DNA from: Planctomycetota bacterium
GTDB taxonomy: Bacteria > Planctomycetota > PLA2 > JAEUHO01
Assembly (NCBI GenBank): GCA_965222115.1
Contig: CBDCTJ010000007.1
Location: 256,001 to 320,000, forward strand
Reading direction: 5' to 3'
Length of the DNA: 64,000 bases
Part shown: one piece after another, positions 18,695-29,159 of the stretch
How the letters are laid out: every line of letters begins with the position of its first letter
How positions within the stretch are numbered: position 1 is the first letter of the stretch
Position numbers and translations under genes: made by a program
The notes under the pieces: generated by a model
What the model was told of the DNA's origin: nothing
The model's database searches: none
The model's input: only the letters and a program-made list of their open reading frames with translations

Positions 18695-19333
18695 ATGGCA
18701 AAACTTGTTGGCACCAGCGGACCGGTCGAAGGCAAGACGTTTGAAATCGACAAGGGCGCAACCTTTGGGCGCGAGGCGCACAATACCTACCCGTTGCAGG
18801 GCGTACGGGGGTGTTCGCGCGACCATGCCAAGGTGTGGCAAGTAGGTGCACGCCAATACTCCATCGCCGACGTGGGCAGCACCAACGGCACGCTTGTAAA
18901 CAACGAGCGCGTCTCGCGCGCCAACCTCAAAGAGGGCGACGTGATTCAAATCGGTGAGGCCTCGTTTCGCTTTGAACTCGGCGAGGCGGAAAAGCCCAAG
19001 CCCAAAGTGGTTGACGCGGCCGAGAAGGCGCGACGAGAACAGGCGGCAGCCGCCCTTCGTGGCGACCCATCGAGCGCGAGTAGTGCAGGATCACAATCGC
19101 CCGAACCTTCGCTGCAAGTCAAACAGCGCATCTTGCAATACAACAAAAAGTCCAAGGGCGGATCGCAACTCGGATGGGACATGTCGCAAACGGCAGGTCC
19201 CGTTCGTTACATCATGATGGGTGTAGCGGTTGCGCTGTGCGTCGCGCTCTTCTTTCTCATGAAGAACCTTGCGACAGGCGACGGCGAGCCCACGCGTAGG
19301 AACACCGAGGACTCCTCATTCGAGGGCGACTAA
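18695..19333 (+). CDS. FHA-domain protein with C-terminal TM helix
   Basis: FGR...SRDHA...DVGSTNGTLVN...LKEGDVIQIG; hydrophobic segment near the C-terminus. Confidence 0.85.
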   Translation: MAKLVGTSGPVEGKTFEIDKGATFGREAHNTYPLQGVRGCSRDHAKVWQVGARQYSIADVGSTNGTLVNNERVSRANLKEGDVIQIGEASFRFELGEAEKPKPKVVDAAEKARREQAAAALRGDPSSASSAGSQSPEPSLQVKQRILQYNKKSKGGSQLGWDMSQTAGPVRYIMMGVAVALCVALFFLMKNLATGDGEPTRRNTEDSSFEGD

Positions 19334-19394
19334 CTCTCCACCCTCCAATAAATAAAATTGAGCCCTTCAACAAAGATGGGTCACGCGAACACGG

Positions 19395-20378
19395 TTAGGC
19401 GAATCGTCGAATCAGCTCGGCCAATGCCGACGCCGCATCGTCCCAACTCCATGCCGGTGGCGATACGTCGACGGGCGGAGTTTGGGAAACTGCCGTCAAA
19501 GCCTCAGTCCATGTGAGGGGCGAGGCGCCGCGCGGTTCGGGTACGAGGACCAGTCCCCGCGCCCCGCGGGTGAGTAACTCGCGGTGCGCAGGAATGTCAC
19601 TGGCGATCACGGGCAGTCCCATCGCTAACGCTTCAATAACCGGCAAGTGCGATCCTTCATAGGCGCTTGGTGCCAATAGCCACATACTTGATTCGTACGC
19701 CTCTCGAACCGCTTCGTCGGATGTATCACCGGTTACGTGCCGCAAGGGCAACTTTGCATGGGTGGCGACCCACAAAGATGCTGCGCAACGCTTTCGCGGT
19801 TCGTCACGCCCCACCATGAGCAATCCCGTGCGCGGTATGTCGCGACGCGTTGCGGGCGATAACGACGTAGCGTTATAGATGGTGTGGATGTTCGGTTCGG
19901 CAACACCATGCGCCTCAATCAACTCGCGCTTGACGACATCCGAAACGGTGACGATTGCGCGCGCACGGCGCAAGACGCGTCCGTACACCGTGCGCGCATA
20001 CATCCTGCGATGCCACCGGGCGTAGCCATGCCGATGGCGCAGGTCATGCACGGTAACAATTGTTGGCGGGTTGGCCGTGACGGGGCCGTGGTCCGTAAGC
20101 GCCGCGAGCCAAGTCATCGAGCGACCCTTGGCACGTATCAGTCTGTGCACATGGCGCCAACCACGCCATCCTGCCTCGGGTGCCAAGGGTTCGCGATAAT
20201 GAAAGACGTTATCGGCAACGATCTGTTGAGCTTCATAGCCCGGATCTTGAGACCAATGCACATGAAACGTGGCATGCGGAAGACGTAGCGGAAGCCGTTG
20301 CAACAACTCAACCGTTCGACGTTTCGCGCCCGACATGGCGGATCCGAACGGTGTGGCATCGACAAATACGTGTGGCAA
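19395..20378 (-). CDS. Glycosyltransferase family 4
   Basis: TVHDL, PSAYEGSHLPVIEALAMGLPVIASDIP; start uncertain (TTG 20378). Confidence 0.85.
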   Translation of the reverse strand: MPHVFVDATPFGSAMSGAKRRTVELLQRLPLRLPHATFHVHWSQDPGYEAQQIVADNVFHYREPLAPEAGWRGWRHVHRLIRAKGRSMTWLAALTDHGPVTANPPTIVTVHDLRHRHGYARWHRRMYARTVYGRVLRRARAIVTVSDVVKRELIEAHGVAEPNIHTIYNATSLSPATRRDIPRTGLLMVGRDEPRKRCAASLWVATHAKLPLRHVTGDTSDEAVREAYESSMWLLAPSAYEGSHLPVIEALAMGLPVIASDIPAHRELLTRGARGLVLVPEPRGASPLTWTEALTAVSQTPPVDVSPPAWSWDDAASALAELIRRFA

Positions 20379-20617
20379 TGGACAAGAGTCCCTAAGGATG
20401 CGGGCGTGAAAGCCCAGATCGTTGCGAATAGACCGAAAACGCCCGCGAAAACGCCCGGACGAACAAGCCGCGACCGACGGAGGAACGCGTTCCTGCGCTA
20501 ATTTCTTAGACGTCGATAAGACGATCCGCGGACCCATCCACCGTCGCGACGCTTGGCGCCGTCCGATGGGAAGCAGGATGACCCGCATAACCCTGAGCGC
20601 CAAATGGAGTCCAACAC

Positions 20618-20710
20618 ATGGCTAAGGTTCTTCGCATGGCGATCGCACTCGCCGCCTTCGTTTGTCTCACGGCCTGCACGAGTGGCGGCTGCTCAAGCTG
20701 CGGCGGCTAG
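20618..20710 (+). CDS. 30-aa micro-lipoprotein MAKVLRMAIALAAFVCLTACTSGGCSSCGG
   Basis: GGAG RBS, signal peptide with LTAC lipobox; same-length paralog at 22520-22612. Confidence 0.6.
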   Translation: MAKVLRMAIALAAFVCLTACTSGGCSSCGG

Positions 20711-20808
20711 CCCTCAGCGAACTCCGATAGAAACCAATCGAAGACGGGCCCCGACGACTGTGCGTCGCGGGGCCCGCGTTTCGTTTTGTGCTCCGGCGAC
20801 AAGCCGGA

Positions 20809-21414
20809 CTACGGCGTGGCTTGGAACAGCGCCACCGTGGAAGCCACGAACGGCCGGGCCGCGCCCGACACGTTTGAGGCACCGCGTGCGAGCGTATAGA
20901 ACGTATGCGTACCCGCAGCAACCGGAAACACGCGCATGACGGTGTAAGGCTGGTAATACTGATCCGTGCCGACGCCTTGGCTTCGACCCAGGATAACTGT
21001 CCCATCCGATGTGAGCGGCAACGATACGTTTTGATCAGACACGCCCATGAAGATCGTTCGATCATCTTCAAAGAACAGGCAGTGCCCCGTAGAGATGACC
21101 ACGACGTTTCCGGCCGTCGGCGCGTCAATCGTAACGCTATCGACTTCTTTGACGCCAGTCTCGAGATTCGCAAAGTCTACGGACGCGTTGTTCTCGATCA
21201 GTTCAACACGAGATGCATCATCAATTCGTGCATCATTGTCATTGATCGCAGCGGCATGTGCCGCAAAGTTGGCGTTGACTTCTGCTGCCACAGCGGTCGT
21301 GCCTGCAACAAAGGTGTTGGGCGTTGCCACCGAACTAGCCATCGCGACTGCGACACCAAATAGTGCCAGCGGTAGTACGCTCATACCCAGTACGAATGGT
21401 GTGTTGTGTTTCAT
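20809..21414 (-). CDS. Exported hypothetical protein (paralog of 21500-22099), PNTF..GT.A.AAEVNANF N-terminal motif plus beta-rich C-terminal domain
   Basis: AAAGGAG RBS, signal peptide, ~39-aa block nearly identical to the neighbouring gene. Confidence 0.75.
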   Translation of the reverse strand: MKHNTPFVLGMSVLPLALFGVAVAMASSVATPNTFVAGTTAVAAEVNANFAAHAAAINDNDARIDDASRVELIENNASVDFANLETGVKEVDSVTIDAPTAGNVVVISTGHCLFFEDDRTIFMGVSDQNVSLPLTSDGTVILGRSQGVGTDQYYQPYTVMRVFPVAAGTHTFYTLARGASNVSGAARPFVASTVALFQATP

Positions 21415-21499
21415 GAGAAGAGCTCCTTTCGAGCGGTACATGAGTTGATCTGGCAGTTCCACGACACCAACTCTTAGTAGATTCACATTGAGATGCGCG

Positions 21500-22099
21500 C
21501 TATGGGTTTGAGATAAACAACGCCTGCAAGCGCGCGACAATGAACGTAGCGTCGCCGGTATCAATTCCAACGATCCCCTGTACGGTCGCGTCAAACGTAT
21601 GCGACCCCGCGACTACGGGCACGACAGCGGAGACCATCGTGGAGTCCACGAACGCGTCCGTACCGACGCCCTGTGTACGCCCCATAAGCGCACCGGCCAA
21701 CGAACTAGCGCCATCGGTCAGCTCAAATTGAAGAGCCTTACTGTCGCCCGCGAAGGTGGCCCGCACATGCATAAGCACAAGGACGGACCCTGCCGTGGGC
21801 GCGTTAATCGTGACGCTACCCAGGTCATGGACCGAAGTGTCTCCGTCGGAAACGGTGACACTAGGACTCGTCGCCAAACCTTGTTCCAGGTGCGCAGCGT
21901 TATCAATTCGCGCATCATTGTCGTTGATCGCAGCGGCATGTGCCGCAAAGTTGGCGTTGACTTCCGCGGCAACGGCGGTCGTTCCCGAAACAAACGTATT
22001 GGGTGTGGCGACCGAGCTCGCAAAGGCAGCGCAGAGTCCGAATAGCGCCAAGGGAAGCGTAGCCATACCGGCGATATAGGTTTTCTTGGAACTCATCAT
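21500..22099 (-). CDS. Exported hypothetical protein (paralog of 20809-21414)
   Basis: AAAGGAG RBS, signal peptide, SSVATPNTFVSGTTAVAAEVNANFAAHAAAINDNDARID. Confidence 0.75.
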   Translation of the reverse strand: MMSSKKTYIAGMATLPLALFGLCAAFASSVATPNTFVSGTTAVAAEVNANFAAHAAAINDNDARIDNAAHLEQGLATSPSVTVSDGDTSVHDLGSVTINAPTAGSVLVLMHVRATFAGDSKALQFELTDGASSLAGALMGRTQGVGTDAFVDSTMVSAVVPVVAGSHTFDATVQGIVGIDTGDATFIVARLQALFISNP

Positions 22100-22134
22100 A
22101 ATACTCCTTTGTTGTTCGTGAATCAGTCGGTTGG

Positions 22135-22293
22135 CTACTGCCAGTCGTCTGCGTCCCAGGTCATGGCATCCCAAACAGGACCGCCGCCACCGCCTCCGCC
22201 GCTTCCACCACCACCGCCTCCACAGCCGACAAGCGGCAACGCAAACAAACAGACGGCGATACCAAGCACGAACGATCGAAGTGCGGTTCTCAT
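22135..22293 (-). CDS. 52-aa Gly-rich lipoprotein ending WDAMTWDADDWQ
   Basis: AAGGAG RBS; MRTALRSFVLGIAVCLFALPLVG-C lipobox, poly-Gly linker, periodic Trp tail; first gene of a 3-gene minus-strand run. Confidence 0.75.
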   Translation of the reverse strand: MRTALRSFVLGIAVCLFALPLVGCGGGGGGSGGGGGGGPVWDAMTWDADDWQ

Positions 22294-22519
22294 GACAACT
22301 CCTTGAGTCGGGATCAGTGTGTTCCCCCGTGTAGTCGCCCTGCGCGGCGAGAATTAACCCCAAAAAGTCGAGACGCGCTGTTCACACACAAAAGACATCG
22401 CGGTTATGCGCTTCTTGTCGTAGAAAACACACAGCGAAGGAGTCCGACTGAGTGCTTGGCGCCATTCGGAAGAAAGCGGAGTGCCTTCTCGAAACTCATG
22501 CGCCATTGGAGTACAAGTC

Positions 22520-22612
22520 ATGACGAAGATTCTTCGTGTTGCCATCGCCCTTGCCGTCTTCGCTTCTCTTACAGGTTGTGCATTGATCGGTTGCCCGCGC
22601 TGCGGCATCTAG
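22520..22612 (+). CDS. 30-aa micro-lipoprotein MTKILRVAIALAVFASLTGCALIGCPRCGI
   Basis: GGAG RBS, LTGC lipobox, CxxC; paralog of 20618-20710. Confidence 0.6.
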   Translation: MTKILRVAIALAVFASLTGCALIGCPRCGI

Positions 22613-22707
22613 CACGGACGGTTCGTGATGCGCGCGTCGCGTGACACGTAATTGGGTTACGTGTGTTTGCTTGACGCGGCACAGCCGCCCGTATTAGCGA
22701 ATACAGG

Positions 22708-23760
22708 CTAGGGAATTCCGCGGATGGCGCGTGCAAGCGTTCCAAACGCACGCGCCGCCGCTTCGGGTGTGGGTACCGTTCGTACGTGGTCGTAGCCACG
22801 TTGAATCCATGTGGCACGTCGCTCGTGACTATCAAGCATGCCGTCGATGGCGCGCGCAAGCGCCACGGCGTCGTCGGACGGAACCAACCACGCGCCCTCA
22901 CCCACCACTTCGGGAATCGAACCGGCGGTGGATGCAATCACCGGCGTTCCACTCCGCATGGCCTCAAGCGGCGGGTACCCAAAGCCCTCCGACCGACTTG
23001 GATAGATAAGTACTGTGGCACCGCGATAGAGCGACGCCAGCGCCGTATCGCTAAGGTCCGAAACGGTACGTACGCCCGCCGGTAATGGCCATCGCGTAGA
23101 ACCCACGAGTACGAGTTCATGTTGGGCATGTACGCAGCGTCGCCATGCGTCCAAAGCAATGTCGAGACCTTTCTTGCGGTGACCCGAGGCACCATCGCCT
23201 AACCCCACCATCAACACATACGGTCGCGAGGGCGGTTCATCGTGATCTCGCGTCGGTAGCGGACGAAACCCGTTGGCAATGACATGTGTCTTGTCGGCGG
23301 CCGCGGGATGCACGGTCAACACATCGTCGCGCGTGGCGTGGCTGGGCGTCACGATCATGGCGGCGTCGCGCACGTTTCGCGCGAGCGCACGTTGAAATCG
23401 AAGCGTCTTCGTGCGGCCTTCAAGTGCGCCATGTTGCACGAACGGAACTTCGTGAACCCATGCGATGACCGGCACGTTGAGCGCGGGCATGGCCGACCAC
23501 GGAGAGATAAACACGCTCACGTCGCTGCCATTCACGAGAGAAGGCAACTGCTTGCGGAAGTCGCGCGCGCGCTTGAGACCAGGCGGTCCCACAGTGAGTT
23601 CCCCAAACGCGCTCATGTCGCCGCTGGGAGTCTCGGGAGCGAACAAGTGGAGCGTTTCATTCGGAACGCCCTCTCGCCAGCCCACAATGAGCGATTGGAC
23701 GGCGCGTGCAACACCGCGGCGCGCACCCCACACAAGTGGCGTGATGTCGATACCAATCAC
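22708..23760 (-). CDS. Glycosyltransferase family 4
   Basis: MIGIDITP...[28 protein letters not shown]. Confidence 0.92.
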   Translation of the reverse strand: MIGIDITPLVWGARRGVARAVQSLIVGWREGVPNETLHLFAPETPSGDMSAFGELTVGPPGLKRARDFRKQLPSLVNGSDVSVFISPWSAMPALNVPVIAWVHEVPFVQHGALEGRTKTLRFQRALARNVRDAAMIVTPSHATRDDVLTVHPAAADKTHVIANGFRPLPTRDHDEPPSRPYVLMVGLGDGASGHRKKGLDIALDAWRRCVHAQHELVLVGSTRWPLPAGVRTVSDLSDTALASLYRGATVLIYPSRSEGFGYPPLEAMRSGTPVIASTAGSIPEVVGEGAWLVPSDDAVALARAIDGMLDSHERRATWIQRGYDHVRTVPTPEAAARAFGTLARAIRGIP

Positions 23761-24869
23761 GCTACGACCTCACGCGGTCCCACGAGCGCGCGGTAGCAAC
23801 CGAGCGTTGCGCGGGCTGTCGCCCGCCATGTGAACCGCGCGGCTTGTGCGCGAGCGGTATCGGCCGTTCGTTTCGCATGTTCACCGCTGTGGCCCCACAG
23901 TTCGTGGAGCCCGTCCGCGATCTCGTCCACGTTATGAGGATCTACGCACGTCCCCGCGTTGCCAATCACGTCGGCACATGGGGTACCGCGGCCAACCAAG
24001 ACGGGCTTACCCGCTGCAAGCGCTTCGAGTACCGGCAAGCCAAATCCCTCGCCCAACGACGGATACGCCACAACGCGTGCGCCTGCCATCCACGCGGCCA
24101 GCGCTGCGTCGCCTGCGTGTCCCACCAAGGTGATTCGCGCGTCGGCGTTCGCGCGCGCAACAACCGCATCACACAACCACCCTTTCCCACCGGCCACGAT
24201 CAGTTCAGCCTCCGGAACGCGCCCCGCGAATCGATCAAACGCTTCAAACAGACGCGCGTGGTTTTTTCGGGGCTCAAGCGTGCCCACCGACAGCACGTAC
24301 GGCACGGCACGCTTCATCGGCGAAACCGCGGGCAAGGTTCTCGCCGCCAATGGCGTTACAAACACGCGATCCGGTGACACGTCGAAATACATGCAGAGAT
24401 CGTCGCGCGTGTGTGTCGAAGGCACAACGATCGCGTCGGCCTCGGCGGCAACACGCTTCGTAAATGCGGTGAGGTTGGCGCGCATGATCTCGGTGTAACA
24501 GTCGGGCAGGCGCATGAACAATACATCATGAATGGTGGCCACAAGCTTGGCACGCCGCACCGGCAACCATGCATAGTCGGTCAAATGAAAGACATCGGCG
24601 CGCCCTGAAAACGACTCGGCGCCAAAGCCAAGGGGTCTCAACGCGCGCACAGCGGTGGTAGGCAACGCCCAATCGTGAAGCGTGGCACCCGCCGGCACGT
24701 CGTGGCTCGTACGTGCCCCGCGATGTCGAACGCGGTGCGCGTATAGATGCAACGAATCGCCTGTTGTTTGTGTCAGCTCACGCGCCATAGCGCGCGCAAG
24801 TTCTCGTGTATAGATCGCGATGCCGCTCTGCCCAACAACGGCCGCTCGATAGTCAATTGCAATGCGGAT
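23757..24869 (-). CDS. Glycosyltransferase family 4 (start uncertain: ATC 24869 or ATG 24788)
   Basis: TIHD, VGTLEPRKN, YPSLGEGFGLPVLEA; a conserved-looking RIAID...GIAIYTREL lies upstream of the first ATG. Confidence 0.9.
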   Translation of the reverse strand: MRIAIDYRAAVVGQSGIAIYTRELARAMARELTQTTGDSLHLYAHRVRHRGARTSHDVPAGATLHDWALPTTAVRALRPLGFGAESFSGRADVFHLTDYAWLPVRRAKLVATIHDVLFMRLPDCYTEIMRANLTAFTKRVAAEADAIVVPSTHTRDDLCMYFDVSPDRVFVTPLAARTLPAVSPMKRAVPYVLSVGTLEPRKNHARLFEAFDRFAGRVPEAELIVAGGKGWLCDAVVARANADARITLVGHAGDAALAAWMAGARVVAYPSLGEGFGLPVLEALAAGKPVLVGRGTPCADVIGNAGTCVDPHNVDEIADGLHELWGHSGEHAKRTADTARAQAARFTWRATARATLGCYRALVGPREVVA

Positions 24870-24940
24870 GGCAACTGACTCCTACGACTTCACGGCACAA
24901 GGACCACGCTCATGCAGGCACGGACGCGCACCGTCGTAGG

Positions 24941-25954
24941 TCAACGATAGAGCAAGATGAGCGGCTGGTCGTCACCAGAAAGCGCCAGTCCCTCTTTCAA
25001 GCAAGTCGCCATCTCGACTGGCGACGCAACCAAACGACGCAGTGCCTCGTGCCGTGCCTGTTTGGACGACAGACGCAGGGCGGCCTGTGCAAACGCCTCA
25101 ACCGTGTCGCAGCCCTCCGACGTCATGCGGGCACCTTCGGGCAAGAAACTCGCCGCAAGATTGAACGCCTTGCAACGCATGGTGTGGCGCTGGGCTTCGG
25201 TGGCCTCGTCCCAGGCCGCCTTGACACGCGCCAAACGCGAGGACGCTTTCGACATGAGCGTGCGTTGTTTGGCCGGCATCCGCTCATAGGACTCGCGCAT
25301 GGTTGCTCGCAACGTCTCCCGCTCACGGTCGGTGAGGGTCTCGGATTCGTTGCGGGCTAGGCCGGACACGAACCACGCCAAGGTGATGTAGTTGTCGGCA
25401 TGGGCGCGAGACAAAAGGGGACGCTTACCCGGCCATGCCTGCGCGGCACGATAGTTGAGAATCTTGCGCAGGACAACACTGGCCGGGAGCTTGGGTGCGT
25501 GGGTCATGCGATCTTCGATGGCTTTTCGAAACGCGGCGATCTTGGTGCGCGCTTCCTTTAGCTTTCCCTTGAGGGCCAACTCACGAATGGACTGCATGGG
25601 CCGGATGGGGGCGAGCAGTTTTTCACGATTGAATGTGCCGCTCTGCGTGAACTCATTCTCCAAGGCGTCGCGCAGCGCCTGCTCGTCGTCTGCGCGCAGC
25701 GAGAACTCAAACGCAGTCTCAATCAGATCCACATAGTCGTGTAGGTGCCCGCGCACGAGGGCGGGTGTGCCACGCACCAATGTGTCGCCCGCTTTGCCCA
25801 CGCGAAACGTGGGGTCAAACATCTTCTCCTTCAGCGGCACAGGAACGCCGCCGCTAACATCCGCCGCAGCGGGCCCCGAGAGTCCGGCGACGACCATGAC
25901 GCCAATCACGGCGAGTAGAAGAGTGCGATACGGACTGGTGGCGACCCATTTCAT
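24941..25954 (-). CDS. Exported hypothetical protein
   Basis: 337-aa ORF with signal peptide ending PAAA; helical composition. Confidence 0.65.
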   Translation of the reverse strand: MKWVATSPYRTLLLAVIGVMVVAGLSGPAAADVSGGVPVPLKEKMFDPTFRVGKAGDTLVRGTPALVRGHLHDYVDLIETAFEFSLRADDEQALRDALENEFTQSGTFNREKLLAPIRPMQSIRELALKGKLKEARTKIAAFRKAIEDRMTHAPKLPASVVLRKILNYRAAQAWPGKRPLLSRAHADNYITLAWFVSGLARNESETLTDRERETLRATMRESYERMPAKQRTLMSKASSRLARVKAAWDEATEAQRHTMRCKAFNLAASFLPEGARMTSEGCDTVEAFAQAALRLSSKQARHEALRRLVASPVEMATCLKEGLALSGDDQPLILLYR

Positions 25955-26063
25955 GCCGCCATTATCGCACCAGGGGGGGTCGCGTGTGTCCGGAAGCGGG
26001 TCCTATCTCACCGTGCCGCGTAAGATCGCAACCAAGCGGGTGTCACAACCCAGGAGGTCTCCC

Positions 26064-27779
26064 ATGACAAGCACGAGCAAGTCCGCGCCCACGGCGACTT
26101 CGCCAGGAAAAGATTGGTCGGCTGGTTACAACGGACCGGTGGCCGCCCCCCGCGGATCCACATTGTCCGCTGCCAACTGGCAACTTGAGGCCGTCACCCG
26201 CATGCTGCTCAACAACCTCGATCCCGAGGTGGCCGAGGCGCCCGAGTCGCTTGTGGTCTACGGCGGCAGCGGTCGCGCTGCGCGATCGTGGGACTGCGTA
26301 CACGCAATCCTGAAGACGTTGCGCAGTATGAAGCCCGATGAAACCCTGCTGGTGCAAAGCGGCAAGCCCGTCGGCGTGTTTCGCACCCATGAAAACGCAC
26401 CGCGCGTCTTGCTCGCCAACAGCCAACTCGTTCCCAAGTGGGCCACCCGCGATGAACACGCACGCATGGAAGCCATGGGGCTTTCCATGTTCGGTCAGAT
26501 GACCGCGGGCTCGTGGATTTACATCGGCAGTCAGGGCATCCTGCAGGGCACCTACGAAACGTTTGCTGCTTGTGGCCGTGCCCACTTCAACGGCACGCTC
26601 AACGGCCAGTTGCTTGTATCGGGCGGCCTCGGCGGCATGGGTGGCGCGCAACCGCTTGCCGCCACCATGGCGGGCGCCACGTTTCTCGGCGCCGATGTCG
26701 ATGGATCGCGCATCGATAAGCGTCTCGAAACCAGATACATCGATGAGCGCATAGACGACATTGACGAGGCGATTGACGCCGCGTGCCGCTATGCAAACGA
26801 GGGCACACCCATCAGTATCGGCGTGTGTTGCAACATTGTGGATTTGCTGGCGCGATTGATTGAACGCGACATTACCCCCGGCGTGCTCACCGACCAAACC
26901 AGTGCCCACGACCCCCTACACGGCTACTTGCCAGAAGGGCTGACCATGGCATCGGGCGCAGCGCTACGCGTCGATGATCCCAAGACGTACGAGCAAAAGA
27001 GTCTGGCCACGATGAAACGCCATATTGAGCAGATGCTCACGCTTCAAGAACGCGGAGCGATCACGTTTGATTACGGCAACAACCTGCGGGGCCACGCCAC
27101 GGAGGGCGGCGCCACCAACGCGTTTGAGATCGAGGGCTTTGTGCCTGCCTATATCCGACCGCTCTTTTGCTTAGGGAAGGGACCGTTTCGTTGGGTCGCG
27201 CTCTCGGGCGATCCCGAGGACATCTACCGCACCGATGATTTGGTGCTCGAGCTCTTCGGCGAAGACATTTACCTCGCGCAATGGATCAAAATGGCGCGCG
27301 AGAAAGTGCAGTTCCAGGGATTGCCCGCTCGCATTTGCTGGCTTGGATACGGCGAGCGCGCGAAATTTGGCCTTGCACTCAATGACTTGGTCGCGAAGGG
27401 CGAGTTGAAAGCCCCCATTGTGATTGGCCGCGATCACTTGGATGCCGGTTCGGTGGCAAGTCCCTACCGCGAAACGGAAGGCATGAGAGATGGCTCCGAC
27501 GCAATCGCCGATTGGCCGCTCCTCAATGCGCTCGTCAATACAGCGTGCGGTGCCACGTGGGTGTCGCTTCACCACGGCGGCGGCGTCGGCATGGGCAACT
27601 CGATTCACGCCGGTCAAGTCATCGTGGCCGACGGCACACCCGAAGCGGCAAAGCGTCTTGAACGCGTGCTCACGGCCGACCCGGGCCTGGGCGTGATTCG
27701 ACATGTGGATGCGGGCTACGACGCAGCATCGTGTTTCGCGCGCAACAACGGCATTGCCAACCCGATGGGTGAGGGGTGA
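26064..27779 (+). CDS. hutU: Urocanate hydratase
   Basis: [60 protein letters not shown]; AGGAGG RBS. Confidence 0.97.
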   Translation: MTSTSKSAPTATSPGKDWSAGYNGPVAAPRGSTLSAANWQLEAVTRMLLNNLDPEVAEAPESLVVYGGSGRAARSWDCVHAILKTLRSMKPDETLLVQSGKPVGVFRTHENAPRVLLANSQLVPKWATRDEHARMEAMGLSMFGQMTAGSWIYIGSQGILQGTYETFAACGRAHFNGTLNGQLLVSGGLGGMGGAQPLAATMAGATFLGADVDGSRIDKRLETRYIDERIDDIDEAIDAACRYANEGTPISIGVCCNIVDLLARLIERDITPGVLTDQTSAHDPLHGYLPEGLTMASGAALRVDDPKTYEQKSLATMKRHIEQMLTLQERGAITFDYGNNLRGHATEGGATNAFEIEGFVPAYIRPLFCLGKGPFRWVALSGDPEDIYRTDDLVLELFGEDIYLAQWIKMAREKVQFQGLPARICWLGYGERAKFGLALNDLVAKGELKAPIVIGRDHLDAGSVASPYRETEGMRDGSDAIADWPLLNALVNTACGATWVSLHHGGGVGMGNSIHAGQVIVADGTPEAAKRLERVLTADPGLGVIRHVDAGYDAASCFARNNGIANPMGEG

Positions 27780-29074
27780 TTCGCGCCGACCTATTGATCG
27801 TCGGCGCGTCGGAAGTCGTCACGTGCCACGACGAGGCATCGGGCCCGAAGGTCGGCGCGCGCGCCATGAATGACGTGGGCGCCATTCCAAACGGCGCCAT
27901 CGCGATTCGTGGCAGCAAGATTGTTGCACTGGGACCCGAAACGGAACTCAAACGTAGCGTTGATGCGATCAAACGCGTGCACGTGCGCGGCCGATCCATT
28001 GTGCCGGGACTGATTGAAGCCCACACGCACCCCGTGTTTGCTCGGCCGCGTGACGGTGAATTTGCCGCCCGCTGTCGCGGCGCCGACTACGAAGAGATTC
28101 TCAAAGCGGGCGGGGGCATTCACGCGTCGGCCGAAGCGTTGCGCGCAACATCGGAAGACACTTTGGTCGCCGGGTTACTCCCGCGACTTGACGCCATGCT
28201 GCGCCACGGCATCGTGGCCGCGGAAGCCAAGTCGGGGTACGGACTCACGACGGAGAGCGAACTCAAGAGCCTGCGTGCCATCAAGCGTGCCAATCGCCAG
28301 CATCCCCTAACGCTCATCCCAACGTTTCTCGGGGCCCACGTCGTGCCCAAAGCCTCGCCGCGCCGCCGGTACGTGGATGAGATCGTAAATGACATGATCC
28401 CTCGTGTGGTCCGGGGGCGCCTCGCGAAATTTTGTGACGTCTTTGTGGAGCGAAGTGCGTTTCGCAAGGTGGAGGCCGAGCGCATTTTGAACGCGGCCCA
28501 ACGCAGAGGGCTCAAGTTGAAACTCCACGTGGATCAGTTCCGAGACAGCGGCGGTGCCCTATTGGCCGCACGACTGGGCGCCGTATCGGCCGATCACTGC
28601 GACGGCACCGGTCCCCGCGGGATTCGCGCCATGGCCAAGGCGGGCGTCATTCCCGTATTACTCCCCGCGGCGCATCTCTTCACGTGTAGTCGCAAAGAAG
28701 ACGCTCCGCGCGCCGACGCACGCCGCATGATCGACGCGGGGTGCGCGGTGGCCCTCTCGACCGACTTCAATCCTGGCACCAGCCCAACGGAGAACCTCCC
28801 CTTGGTGGCGGCCCTTGGCTGCGCACAGCTCGGCATGACACCGGAAGAATCACTAAGCGCTGTAACGCGCAATGCCGCGGCCGCCAGTGACGTATCGTCG
28901 CGTTTCGGATCCTTGGCCAAGGGACGGTACGCCGACTTTGTGGTGCTTGATGCGCCTTCCTACGTGCACATGAGTTACCGCATGGGTGCCCACATTGTTC
29001 GGGATGTCTACATCAAGGGCACCCGCGTGGTGGATCGCGGTCGCGTAAAGACGCAAAAGAATGGCGCGCCGTGA
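27776..29074 (+). CDS. hutI: Imidazolonepropionase
   Basis: HTH motif, [34 protein letters not shown]. Confidence 0.95.
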   Translation: MIRADLLIVGASEVVTCHDEASGPKVGARAMNDVGAIPNGAIAIRGSKIVALGPETELKRSVDAIKRVHVRGRSIVPGLIEAHTHPVFARPRDGEFAARCRGADYEEILKAGGGIHASAEALRATSEDTLVAGLLPRLDAMLRHGIVAAEAKSGYGLTTESELKSLRAIKRANRQHPLTLIPTFLGAHVVPKASPRRRYVDEIVNDMIPRVVRGRLAKFCDVFVERSAFRKVEAERILNAAQRRGLKLKLHVDQFRDSGGALLAARLGAVSADHCDGTGPRGIRAMAKAGVIPVLLPAAHLFTCSRKEDAPRADARRMIDAGCAVALSTDFNPGTSPTENLPLVAALGCAQLGMTPEESLSAVTRNAAAASDVSSRFGSLAKGRYADFVVLDAPSYVHMSYRMGAHIVRDVYIKGTRVVDRGRVKTQKNGAP

Positions 29075-29159
29075 CGGCTGCGTATAGACGCAACCGCGAC
29101 ACGCCGCAACGACGCTTCTACCATGCCTGGCACGTTCGTGGTTCATAGGAGACAACGCT

